This document shows, piece after piece, positions 40,605 to 50,127 of a stretch of 64,000 nucleotides of DNA (positions are counted from its first letter, which is position 1; each line of letters starts with the position of its first letter). A program made the position numbers and the translations under genes. The notes under the pieces are model-generated. The model had not been told where the DNA came from. It searched no databases and worked only from the letters and a program-made list of their open reading frames with translations. The DNA lies in contig CALSSD010000004.1 of NCBI GenBank assembly GCA_943788915.1, positions 124,001 to 188,000 on the forward strand. Direction: 5' to 3'. Source of the DNA: an uncultured Acidimicrobiales bacterium. GTDB taxonomy: Bacteria > Actinomycetota > Acidimicrobiia > Acidimicrobiales > UBA10347.

Positions 40605-40695
40605 AACAACGGGGAGCTCAGGTAACGCTGGGCTGAGAGGACGAACACTTCGTCGACCCGCACACCTGATCTGGGTAATGCCAGCGGAGGAATAT
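40605..40695 (+). ncRNA. TPP riboswitch
   Basis: GGGGAGC...GCTGAGAG...GACCCG..CACCTGATCTGGGTAATGCCAGCGGAGG directly upstream of thiB. Confidence 0.95.
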
Positions 40696-40696
40696 T

Positions 40697-41749
40697 GTGA
40701 ATCGTTCAACCACCACATGTCGTGCAGTCCTTGTGGCGCTCGTTCTTAGTCTTTTGGCAGTTGGGTGCGGCGGTAGTGATGCCGACGTTGCCGACGAAGG
40801 GTGCCCCACGATCACCCTGGTCACTTACGACTCGTTCGTGGTGTCCGAAGGGCTGCTGGAGTCGTTCACCGCTGACTCTTGTATCGAGGTTGAGCAGGTT
40901 TCGTCTGGCGATGCCGGCCAATTGGTCAGCAGCGCAATCTTGACCAAGGACAACCCGACGGCAGATGTCATGTTCGGGATCGACAACACGTTCCTGCAGC
41001 GGGGCCTCGATGCCGATCTCTTCGTGCCGTATGCATCGCCTCTGCTGGCAAACGTCGACGCGGCACTCCAACTCGACCCCGAGTATCGAGTTACACCCAT
41101 CGACTATGGCGATGTGTGCGTCAACTACTGGCTCAGCGAACTTTCAGGTGAGGCTCCGGCCACTCTCGGCGATCTGATCGACCCGGCACATGCCGACCAG
41201 TTCGTGACTATGAACCCAGAAACCTCGTCGCCTGGTTTCGCGTTTCTGCTCGCCACTATTGCTCGGTATGGCGATGGCTGGGAGGACTACTGGCAGTCCC
41301 TGGTCGACAATGGTGTCTCCATTACTGCTGGCTGGAGTGATGCCTACTACGGCGAGTTCATCGCTGGTGGCGGTTCCCGCTCCATCGTGACCAGTTACGC
41401 ATCGAGCCCGCCAGCTGAAGTGATTTTTGCTGATCCGCCGATCGACACCGCGCCGAGCGCGGTGTTGTATGACAGCTGCTTCCGGCAGGTCGAGTTCGCT
41501 GGCATTCTTGCTGGCACCGAAGCACCAGGCGCGGCGCAACAACTCATCGACTTCATGCTCAGCTCAGATTTCCAAGAGGACATCCCACTGAACATGTTCG
41601 TGTATCCAGCGAACAGAGATGCGGCGTTGCCCGAGGCGTTCGTAGAGTTCGGCCAGCTGGCGGACAATCCAGCCACGCTCACCCCGCAAGAGATTGAAAC
41701 AAATCGCGAGGCCTGGACCGAACGCTGGGTCGAAATCGTTTTAGGTTGA
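40697..41749 (+). CDS. thiB: Thiamine ABC transporter substrate-binding lipoprotein
   Basis: Lipobox LAVGC, TYDSF, GIDNTFL, TSSPG, GWSDAY, SYASSP, CFRQVE, MFVYP; TPP riboswitch upstream. Confidence 0.92.
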   Translation: MNRSTTTCRAVLVALVLSLLAVGCGGSDADVADEGCPTITLVTYDSFVVSEGLLESFTADSCIEVEQVSSGDAGQLVSSAILTKDNPTADVMFGIDNTFLQRGLDADLFVPYASPLLANVDAALQLDPEYRVTPIDYGDVCVNYWLSELSGEAPATLGDLIDPAHADQFVTMNPETSSPGFAFLLATIARYGDGWEDYWQSLVDNGVSITAGWSDAYYGEFIAGGGSRSIVTSYASSPPAEVIFADPPIDTAPSAVLYDSCFRQVEFAGILAGTEAPGAAQQLIDFMLSSDFQEDIPLNMFVYPANRDAALPEAFVEFGQLADNPATLTPQEIETNREAWTERWVEIVLG

Positions 41750-41753
41750 GCTC

Positions 41754-43364
41754 ATGAAGACATTCCGCAGCGCGTTGTTGGCAGTTGTGCCAGCGATGTT
41801 CGTTGCGGTCTTCTTTGTGTACCCGGTAGCCACCTTGTTGGCGCGCGGGTTGGGGCTTGATGCAGGTCGTTTGCTCGAGGTGATCACCGGTTCTCGGTTC
41901 CTCAAGATCATCTGGTTCACGACCTGGCAGGCAGCGCTCTCAACCTTGCTTGCCGGGTTGTTCGCGCTGCCGTTGACCTGGGCGTTAGCCAACCGGCAGT
42001 TCGCAGGTCGGCGACTCGCTCGTGTGCTGGTGACGGTGCCATTCGTGTTGCCAACCGTGGTGGTTGCGGGTGCGTTTATTGCGTTGATGGATCGGTTCAA
42101 TCTCGACGAGGGAGCGGTGCGACTTCGTCACACGGTGTGGGCCATTCTGCTCGCGCATGCCTTCTTTAATGTCGCAGTGTTCGCCCGCAGCGTGGGTGGT
42201 TTCTGGAGTCAGCTCGATCGTCGGCCAGAAGAGGCGGCCCGCACACTGGGGGCATCGCCGTGGCGGGCGTTCGTGGAAGTGACCTTACCTCGGCTTCGGC
42301 CGTCGTTGATCGCAGCCGTGTCGGTCGTATTCCTTTTCAGCTTCACATCTTTTGCCGTCATTTTGCTGCTCGGCGGACCCCGTAGATCCAGCATCGAAAC
42401 CGAGATCTACCGGTATGCGGTCACCCGCTCCGACATCTCGACTGCTGCCGCGCTGTCGATCGTGCAAATGGTCGCGGTGGTGTCGTTGGTCGTCACGAAT
42501 GGATGGCTGCAACGTAGAGCCGTGGGTCGACAGGGGCTGGTTGCCGACCGGGCGGTGCCGGCCCAGACGGCGCGTCAGCGTGGCGTGCTGGCTACGACGC
42601 TGACTGGTACCGCCGTCGTGTTGGGTCTGCCCTTGGCGGTGCTGGTCGAACGGTCGCTGGCGAGCGGTGGCGGTTACTCGTTTGCGAACTACCGGGCGTT
42701 AGGTGAACGCGTTCGGCTCCTGCCGATCAGCGCTGCAGATGCATTGGTGAACTCACTCGCGTTCGCGGTGGTGGCCGCAGGTATTGCTCTGGTCATCGGA
42801 GGTATGGCGTCGCTGGCCATCGTGCATGGCACCCGCTCGGTGAGCCGGCTCCTCGACCTCGGCATGTTGCTGCCGCTTGGCACGTCCGCAGTGACCTTGG
42901 GGTTCGGTGTTCTCATTTCGCTTGACCGTGGTGTGCTCGATCTCCGGGGCTCGTGGTGGATCGTGCCGATCACCCAGTCGTTGCTAGCAATCCCCTTCGT
43001 GGTCCGGGGTGTCGTTCCGGTACTGCGCGCAATTGACCCAGGTATGCGCGAGGTCGCGGCCACGCTTGGTGCCTCGCCTGGCCGCGTCCGTCGTGAGATC
43101 GATCTGCGCATTGGTGCTCGTGCATTGGCGACCGGCGTTGGTTTTGCCTTTGCGATCAGCCTGGGCGAGTTCGGTGCGACCTCGTTCGTTGGTCGCCGAT
43201 CGGATCTGTTGACGGTGCCGCTCGCCATACAGCGGCTTCTTGCGACGCCGGGTGATCTTCTCCGAGGCCAGGCCATGGCACTATCGGTAATCCTGATGGT
43301 CGTCACCGCACTTGTTGTCTTCCTGAGCGATCGGCTGCATCCGACCTCTGGTGGGATGTTGTGA
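41754..43364 (+). CDS. thiP: Thiamine ABC transporter permease
   Basis: TTWQA, PFVLP, LAHAFFN, two EAA loops, SLGEFGA. Confidence 0.9.
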   Translation: MKTFRSALLAVVPAMFVAVFFVYPVATLLARGLGLDAGRLLEVITGSRFLKIIWFTTWQAALSTLLAGLFALPLTWALANRQFAGRRLARVLVTVPFVLPTVVVAGAFIALMDRFNLDEGAVRLRHTVWAILLAHAFFNVAVFARSVGGFWSQLDRRPEEAARTLGASPWRAFVEVTLPRLRPSLIAAVSVVFLFSFTSFAVILLLGGPRRSSIETEIYRYAVTRSDISTAAALSIVQMVAVVSLVVTNGWLQRRAVGRQGLVADRAVPAQTARQRGVLATTLTGTAVVLGLPLAVLVERSLASGGGYSFANYRALGERVRLLPISAADALVNSLAFAVVAAGIALVIGGMASLAIVHGTRSVSRLLDLGMLLPLGTSAVTLGFGVLISLDRGVLDLRGSWWIVPITQSLLAIPFVVRGVVPVLRAIDPGMREVAATLGASPGRVRREIDLRIGARALATGVGFAFAISLGEFGATSFVGRRSDLLTVPLAIQRLLATPGDLLRGQAMALSVILMVVTALVVFLSDRLHPTSGGML

Positions 43365-44323
43365 CGCTCGCGATCGAGGCTGTCACGGTTCGCTATGGCG
43401 AGACCACTGCCGTCGACCAGGTAACGCTCACTGTCGCAACCGGCGAAGTGCTCGCGCTTGTTGGGCCAAGCGGTTGTGGCAAGTCGACCTTGTTGCGCAC
43501 GATTGCTGGGCTCGTTCAGCCCGTCAGTGGTCAGATTGTTTGGCAAGGCCGTGATATCACCCAGGTCCCGACCCATCAGCGGGGTATCGGTCTGATGTTT
43601 CAGGACCATGCGCTGTTTACGCATCGATCTGTGGCCGACAACATTGCGTTTGGCCTCAAGATGGCAGGGGCTAGTGCGAGCCGACAGCACGAACGCACGC
43701 ACGAGCTGCTTGAGATGGTTGGGCTTGCAGGTTTTGGAGGTCGCAGCGTCGAAGGGCTGTCTGGTGGCGAAGCCCAGCGGGTTGCGTTGGCTCGAGCGTT
43801 GGCCCCGGAGCCTGAGCTCCTCCTGCTTGACGAGCCTCTTGCGTCGCTGGACCGAGCCCGGCGCATCGAGCTGAATGCTGAGCTCGCTCGTTTACTGCAC
43901 GAGTTGCGTCAGACCTCGGTGTACGTCACCCATGACCAGGACGAAGCCTTCTCGGTTGCGGATCAGGTAGGCGTGATGCATGGAGGCCGCCTGCTGCGGA
44001 GTGGTTCGCCGGCCGAAGTATGGCGCGATCCACAGTCAGAACTCGTCGCTCGTTTTGTTGGGCACGAGGCAATCATTGAACGCGACGGCCAGCGGTTTGC
44101 GGTGCGCCCAGACGCGGTGGCTTTGGTCCCCCCGGGCGATCGACCGGCTGACGGGAGCTACGCAGGCACCGTGACGGCGTGCGCATTTCAGGGTGATCGG
44201 TATGAACTTCTCATCGACGTAGACGGCCAACGGTGGCGGGTATTTAGCGCCGACTCGAGCGTTGTCGGGAGCCAGGTCAAACTCATACTGCGGCCCGACA
44301 TGTTGTCGCCGCTTATCGGTTAG
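43361..44323 (+). CDS. thiQ: Thiamine ABC transporter ATPase
   Basis: GPSGCGKST, LSGGE, LLLDEP, VTHD; GTGA overlap with thiP. Confidence 0.88.
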   Translation: MTLAIEAVTVRYGETTAVDQVTLTVATGEVLALVGPSGCGKSTLLRTIAGLVQPVSGQIVWQGRDITQVPTHQRGIGLMFQDHALFTHRSVADNIAFGLKMAGASASRQHERTHELLEMVGLAGFGGRSVEGLSGGEAQRVALARALAPEPELLLLDEPLASLDRARRIELNAELARLLHELRQTSVYVTHDQDEAFSVADQVGVMHGGRLLRSGSPAEVWRDPQSELVARFVGHEAIIERDGQRFAVRPDAVALVPPGDRPADGSYAGTVTACAFQGDRYELLIDVDGQRWRVFSADSSVVGSQVKLILRPDMLSPLIG

Positions 44324-44483
44324 TGATGAGCTGTCGATGGGCTCAGTGCACCCATCGATGAAGAACACCAAACCTTCTACGAACACTCTGGTGTGTGTTG
44401 ATGGTGGCGGATCTGGCGAATGCCTAGAAGCAGACGAAGGCGAGCGGGGGTGTCGCTGTTCACCGTTCTGGCGAAGCGGAAAC

Positions 44484-46271
44484 TCAGTCATCGAGGTTTT
44501 GGGCGATGGCGAGCAGCTCGACGAGTTCGTCGACCTGGTCGGTGTCCATTCGGTCGGCTACTCGGCTGGCCTCAACCCAGATGTTGGTTAGGTCAACGCC
44601 CTCGGCGTAGGGGTTGTCTCGCATGACTTCACCGAATGCGGTGACCACGGTGGCGAGCTGGAAGTCGATAGCTGTCTCGCTGAACGTCGGCGCCACGTCT
44701 CGCAGATCGATGTCTTCGTCGATCTCGGTCACGTTGCCGGTGTCGGGATCTTCCCAACGCAGGAACACTTCACCGATATCGCCTCGGTCGTCAATGTCGA
44801 CACCTCGGTGCAGCGTGACTTCGTACATTGCGGTGACCTGATGACCAGCCCCAAGTTCGCCGGCGTCGACGCTGTCGTTGCGGAAGTCGTTGTCTCGCAC
44901 GCCTCGGTTCTCGAAACCGATCAGTCGGTAGTGGGCGACGACGTCGGTGTCGAACTCAACCTGGATCTTGGCATCGATGGCGGCGGTGATCAGTGTGGAG
45001 GTCAGCTCGTCTTCGAACAAACGCTCGGCTTCGTCCTTGTTATCGATGTAGGCGTAGAAGCCATCACCGTTGTCGGCGAGCTGCTCCATACGTGTGTCGT
45101 TGAAGTTGCCCATGCCATAACCCACGGTCACGAGCTGGATGCCTTCGTCCGCGAAGTCACGGATGTAGTTGCTGAGTTGATTCTGATCGGTGATGCCTGC
45201 GTTGGCGACGCCGTCGCTGGCGATGATGACTCGGTTCACACCATCGGCGCGGAACGCTCGGGCGGCCAGTTCGTACCCCTCACGCAACCCCGACTCAAGG
45301 TTGGTGGAGCCACCGGCAACAAGCGAATCGATTGCGTCATAGATACGGCGGCTGTTGCGTACTCGGGTGGGTTCGAGCACGATGCCGGAGCTGTTTGCGT
45401 ACACCACGATGGCCACGGTGTCGTCGTCGTTGAGTTGGTCGACCAAGATCTCGAGCGAGTCCTTCACCAGGCCCAACCGGTTGTCTTGGTCCATCGAACC
45501 CGACGTATCCACGATGAAGGTCAGGGCCACGGGCGGACGTTCACCGTCGGGAATTACTTCGGCTTGGACACCGACACGTACCAGCACGTTGTCACGGTCA
45601 AAGGGTGATGGTCCACCGTCGACGCTGATCTCCAAACCTCGACGAGGCACTTCATAGTCGTAGTCGAATGCGTTCACGAACTCTTCGACTCGCACGGCTT
45701 CTGGCGGCGGGAGCACACCTTCTTCGAGCCACCGTCGGGTGATGGTGTAGCTGCCGGTATCAACATCAAGAGCGAAGGTCGAGATGGGATCTTGGCTGGC
45801 GTCGATGAACTGGCGGTAGCCATAGTTGGTGAAGCGATTATCGACGAGGCGTGAGTTCTCAGGAGGTTCGATGATGGCCTCCGCGTCGTCTTTGGCAGGT
45901 TCGGAGAACAAACCCTCGGCGTCGCCATCGCCACCACTATCGACCCCACCCGATGCTGGCGCTTCGGAGCGGTTCTGGGTGATGTGGGGCGCATCGAATG
46001 TAGGAGCTGGCATTGCCTCTTCCTGGTCAACCGGATCTGCGACGTCGTCCGAAGCGGTATCGACCTCGGTGGTGACACCGATGGTGTCTTCGGCTCCGTC
46101 GGCGTCGTCGCCGACATCGGACGAGCTGTCGGTTGCCGAGTCTTGTGCAACCAAGCTGTCATTGTCGGATCCACCGCATGCGGTTGCCACCATCGCAAGT
46201 GCCAGGCAGGCACTAACAAGGCGGCGCAGTGTCTGGCCTGCAGTGGTGCTGGAATCGGGTGAGTGGGTCAT
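44484..46271 (-). CDS. YfbK-like vWA-domain lipoprotein
   Basis: ATAC lipobox, STFALDVDTGSY, VRVEEFVN.F.Y, MIDAS DTSGS, SDG, YRLIGFENR, DAGELGAGH. Confidence 0.9.
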   Translation of the reverse strand: MTHSPDSSTTAGQTLRRLVSACLALAMVATACGGSDNDSLVAQDSATDSSSDVGDDADGAEDTIGVTTEVDTASDDVADPVDQEEAMPAPTFDAPHITQNRSEAPASGGVDSGGDGDAEGLFSEPAKDDAEAIIEPPENSRLVDNRFTNYGYRQFIDASQDPISTFALDVDTGSYTITRRWLEEGVLPPPEAVRVEEFVNAFDYDYEVPRRGLEISVDGGPSPFDRDNVLVRVGVQAEVIPDGERPPVALTFIVDTSGSMDQDNRLGLVKDSLEILVDQLNDDDTVAIVVYANSSGIVLEPTRVRNSRRIYDAIDSLVAGGSTNLESGLREGYELAARAFRADGVNRVIIASDGVANAGITDQNQLSNYIRDFADEGIQLVTVGYGMGNFNDTRMEQLADNGDGFYAYIDNKDEAERLFEDELTSTLITAAIDAKIQVEFDTDVVAHYRLIGFENRGVRDNDFRNDSVDAGELGAGHQVTAMYEVTLHRGVDIDDRGDIGEVFLRWEDPDTGNVTEIDEDIDLRDVAPTFSETAIDFQLATVVTAFGEVMRDNPYAEGVDLTNIWVEASRVADRMDTDQVDELVELLAIAQNLDD

Positions 46272-46424
46272 GTTGGCTAGGACGTGACGAAACACTGGCT
46301 TGGTTCCCGAAGGCCAATAGAAATCTGAGGAAGACCGCGAATGCAGGGCCACATAAATGTACGGACAATTGAACGGAGTGAGGCTGCTAGTGTGGTTGGC
46401 AGACCGCGCACGAAAGGACTCAAC

Positions 46425-47057
46425 ATGAGTTTGCACCTAGGCGACACCGTCCCCGATTTCACTGCCGATACCACCGACGGAGAGATCAGCTTCCACGAGT
46501 GGAAGGCAGGATCTTGGGCAGTCTTCTTCAGCCATCCGGCCGATTTTACTCCTGTCTGTACTACTGAACTCGGCCGCACCGCAGCGCTTCAGACGGAGTT
46601 TGCCAACCGCAATACCAAGGCCATGGCGTTATCGGTCGACCCGATCGAAGATCATCATGGATGGGCCCCCGATATTGGTGAAGTGTCAGGAACCCCATTG
46701 AATTTCCCGATTGTGGCCGACCCGGATCGCACGGTCGCCGAGCTCTACGACATGATTCACCCCGGCGAAGGCGACACCTCTACGGTTCGTTCGGTATTCG
46801 TCATCGACCCAGACAACAAGCTCCGTTTGAGCCTGACGTACCCAAAGTCAGTCGGCCGCAACTTCGATGAAATCGTGCGGGTACTCGACGCATTGCAGGC
46901 CACAGATCGTGACCCCATCGCAACCCCTGCCGATTGGAAGCCGGGCGACCGCGTCATCGTGTCACCTGGAATGTCGACCGAAGATGCGATCGAACGTTTC
47001 GAAAATGTCGAAGTGGTGAAGCCGTACCTGCGTTTCGCCGACGCTCCATCAAGCTGA
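46425..47057 (+). CDS. 1-Cys peroxiredoxin (Prx6)
   Basis: FSHPADFTPVCTTE, GRNFDE, TPADW. Confidence 0.95.
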   Translation: MSLHLGDTVPDFTADTTDGEISFHEWKAGSWAVFFSHPADFTPVCTTELGRTAALQTEFANRNTKAMALSVDPIEDHHGWAPDIGEVSGTPLNFPIVADPDRTVAELYDMIHPGEGDTSTVRSVFVIDPDNKLRLSLTYPKSVGRNFDEIVRVLDALQATDRDPIATPADWKPGDRVIVSPGMSTEDAIERFENVEVVKPYLRFADAPSS

Positions 47058-47076
47058 GCCGTTTCAGTTGGGCTGG

Positions 47077-47916
47077 CTAACGCTTGCTCATATTCCGGCG
47101 GGCACCAGCGGCGAGTAGCCGTTGGTACAGGCCTGCGGGAAGCCGAGAGGCTAGATCGAACATAACTGCGTCGGGTCCGATCAGGGCTCGGCGCCGGTTA
47201 CGCGATACCGCTCGCAGGATCTGGTGAGCAGCCTTTTCGGGGGTGGTGTGAGCCAACTTGTCGAACTCGGTACCGAACTCGGCCGGGTCATCACCGAAGG
47301 CGCCGGCGCTGTCGTCGATCCGTGCATTGCGAGCGATGTTTGTTTTGATGCCGCCAGGATGGACGGTGGTGGCCGAAACCCCGCATTGTTCGATATCGAG
47401 TTCGATCCGCAGTGCATCGGTGAAACCACGCACACCAAATTTTGCTGCGTTATACGCTGATTGGGTCGGGATGCTGACCAGGCCGAACACGCTCGAGATG
47501 TTGACGACATGGCCTTGCCCGGTCGCACGCAGGTGGGGAAGAAACGCCTTGGTGCCGTGCACCACGCCCCAGAAGTTGATGTTCATGAGCCATTCGAAGT
47601 CGTCGTAGCTTGCACCTTCAACGGTGGCGCTCAGGTCGACGCCAGCATTATTGATGATTAGATGCACGTCGCCATGCTCGTCGGCCGCCTGATCGGCCCA
47701 GGCAAACATGGCGTCCTTGTCGGCGACATCGAGGACGGTCGAGGTGACCTTGATGCCCAGCCCTTCACACAAGCTGACAGTCTCGGCCAGACCGACTTCC
47801 TCGATATCGCTGAGCGCCAAGTGTGCGCCCCGACGGGCGAGTTCTTCGGCGAGGGCTCGACCAATCCCTGACCCGGCGCCGGTGATCGCTGCAACCTTGC
47901 CCCGAAAGCTCTTCAT
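47077..47916 (-). CDS. SDR family oxidoreductase
   Basis: TGAGSGIG, NNAG, YNAAK, HPGGIKT. Confidence 0.92.
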   Translation of the reverse strand: MKSFRGKVAAITGAGSGIGRALAEELARRGAHLALSDIEEVGLAETVSLCEGLGIKVTSTVLDVADKDAMFAWADQAADEHGDVHLIINNAGVDLSATVEGASYDDFEWLMNINFWGVVHGTKAFLPHLRATGQGHVVNISSVFGLVSIPTQSAYNAAKFGVRGFTDALRIELDIEQCGVSATTVHPGGIKTNIARNARIDDSAGAFGDDPAEFGTEFDKLAHTTPEKAAHQILRAVSRNRRRALIGPDAVMFDLASRLPAGLYQRLLAAGARRNMSKR

Positions 47917-47924
47917 GGCGTGAG

Positions 47925-48806
47925 TCAGCTAGCTCGAAGTGGCGTTTGAACCTGCTCGACAAATCGTAAGACATGGTCGGTGGTGAGTGGATTACCGAAG
48001 TCCATCACGAAGTAGGTCACCCCGAGTTCGACCTTGCGAGCGAGTTTCTCGAGCAACTCTTGAGCTTCGGCATCTGTTTCGGGCAGCGCGTTTTCGACGG
48101 TTTGGCAGATCTCGATAGCGGCGGGGTCACGCCCGGCATCGGATGCCGCGGTGTGCACAATGTCGACCTTGCGACGCCAATCATCTTCGGTGCCGCGGGC
48201 GAACCCGTTCCAGATGTCGGCATGGCGGCCAGCCAACGGCAGACCGATCTGTTCGCCCGAAGCGCCGATACAGATCGGTGGTACGACCTCGGGAAGTGGC
48301 GGTGCCGAAGCGCCGTCGATCGAGAAATGGGTGCCGGTGAACGATGGTTCGTCTTCGGTCCACATGAGTTTGCAGATCTGCAGCAATTCGTCGAGCTCAG
48401 CAAATCGCACTGAAGGTTTGGGGAAGTCGTAGCCGTAGGCGGCGTACTCGTCTTCACGCCAGCCCGCTCCAATTCCCAGGATGAAACGGTTACCTGACAA
48501 CACCTGGAGTGTTGCCGCCATTTTTGCGGTGAGCGCTGGCGGACGGTAACCGTGACCCAACACATGGTGACACAACATCACGTCCGGGAACTTTGCCGCC
48601 ATCCATGTCAGGGTCGTCCATGCTTCCATGAACGGGTCGGTTTTGGCGTCGAAGCCGTAGAAGTGATCGGCGATCCACAACGAGTCGAAGTGTTCAAGCG
48701 CAGTGGGCAAGATGTTGCGCTCTTGGAACATCACGATCGGCTTGTGATCGCTCCATTGATTGCCGATCACCGGCGAGAGCCACCCAAATTTCATCGCATT
48801 TGTCAT
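47925..48806 (-). CDS. LLM class flavin/F420-dependent oxidoreductase
   Basis: LWIADH, EAWT, LTAKMAATL..LSGNRFILGIGAGW..EY.AYG. Confidence 0.88.
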   Translation of the reverse strand: MTNAMKFGWLSPVIGNQWSDHKPIVMFQERNILPTALEHFDSLWIADHFYGFDAKTDPFMEAWTTLTWMAAKFPDVMLCHHVLGHGYRPPALTAKMAATLQVLSGNRFILGIGAGWREDEYAAYGYDFPKPSVRFAELDELLQICKLMWTEDEPSFTGTHFSIDGASAPPLPEVVPPICIGASGEQIGLPLAGRHADIWNGFARGTEDDWRRKVDIVHTAASDAGRDPAAIEICQTVENALPETDAEAQELLEKLARKVELGVTYFVMDFGNPLTTDHVLRFVEQVQTPLRAS

Positions 48807-48870
48807 CCACCGAGACTAGCCGTCTGCCGTATCGGCTCACCGGGCAGCGTCGGCTACACGGCCGCCAGCG

Positions 48871-49517
48871 GTGAGTTCATCGACCGTCTTATGTCTGCCG
48901 GTGCCTGCGCCGGGAGCTCCCGAGCGGCTCGTTGGGGGCGAAACGACCCGAGGCACGATCACTGATGTGGTCGAACCGGTGGATGATCTCGATGTTGTGG
49001 TCGATGTCCCCAACAGCGATGGCGTGTCGTTTCTCGAGAACGGACCGGTCGATCGTTCCTTCGGTACCGAGCGGATACGAGTCCTCGAGATGCCCACCGA
49101 TGGGCTGTACTCGGCGGTCGTCAGCGGGTACGAGGGAGCGTCTGGGTTTGCCGTGGTGGTTGTGGACGCTCCCTTGGGGGCTCCGGGATATTTCTGCGTG
49201 GTAGCGACGTGATTGACGACCCCCAAGGGCCGCAAGAGTGCACAATCCAGCCGCTCAGCTCGGGAATACCAACCATCGCCATCGCCATCGCCATGGCCAT
49301 CGCGGTCGCGGTCGTCATCGCCGTCGACGCCCTCGACGAGACGGAACTGATCCTGGCACTTTTTGATACGGGAGAGGACCGAGTTGTCAACGCCTAGGAC
49401 ACGGATGACGGCGGTCAGATAGTCACCTACGAGGTGGCTGCCGATGTCATCTACGTCATCGACGTTGCCATCGGAATTGGCGGTGGCGCCTTCGAACTCG
49501 ACATCAGGGTGGAGTAA
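48871..49517 (+). pseudogene. Degraded remnant resembling pre-peptidase C-terminal (PPC-like) beta domains
   Basis: DGLYSAVVSGYEGASG and VDALDETELILALFD...NA*DTDDGGQIVTY...IYVIDV...GAFELDIRVE*, with internal stop, frameshift and ATCGCC repeats. Confidence 0.4.
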
Positions 49518-49520
49518 CGG

Positions 49521-49883
49521 TCAGTGGAGGTTGAGCATCACGATGTTGAGTCGGCCGCGGGTGACCTTGGCTGTGGCTTCGCGGGGTTTACCTTGCAGCC
49601 AGACCGTGACTTCGGGGTCGGCTTCGATGTTCTTCAGCCATTGTGAATCGTTGCGTACTGTGCTCACAGCAAGCTTGCCGCAGACACGCGACGCCAGCAG
49701 CGGAACCCGACGCTTCTTGCCCGACGTGCGACCGGTTGTTTCGAGCAGAATGGCACCACTACCGACCGGTAACGGGTTGGCAATACCGGCCTTGACGGCT
49801 GGCTCGACGATCGAGTTAAGCAAACGGAAACCGGCCCGGGTCGCATCGGCACGGGCAGTCGCGAGTTCAGCGGTCAGTTCCAT
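49521..49883 (-). CDS. Deazaflavin (F420)-dependent nitroreductase family protein
   Basis: LLETTGRTSGKKRRVPL, WLKNIEADPEV. Confidence 0.8.
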   Translation of the reverse strand: MELTAELATARADATRAGFRLLNSIVEPAVKAGIANPLPVGSGAILLETTGRTSGKKRRVPLLASRVCGKLAVSTVRNDSQWLKNIEADPEVTVWLQGKPREATAKVTRGRLNIVMLNLH

Positions 49884-50127
49884 GACCTGAGGCTACGCCA
49901 ACGGGTCCTTGAGCACTGAGCGACTGCGGTCACAGCGGTTATGGCACCTGGGTCCGCACGTCGAACGTGATGTCGAAGCTGCGAACCGCTCTGGCGAAGA
50001 TGTTTGCTTCGGTATCGGGGTCGTTGCGACTTGCCGGTTGATCGTCCGGCGCTGCGCCAGACGCCCAGGTCGTCGCGTCATTGGCCCTCGTGGGCAAGCA
50101 AGGTTCTTGGAGTCGCGGTGTTTTTCG

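Noticed and set aside
49274..49322. (ATCGCC)n microsatellite as a phase-variation switch
   Set aside because: The hexamer unit preserves frame and lies in an already degraded remnant
38245..49397. TAG recoding suggested by in-frame TAGs in remnants
   Set aside because: Many intact genes end in TAG at the expected C-termini, and the affected loci are also truncated or frameshifted
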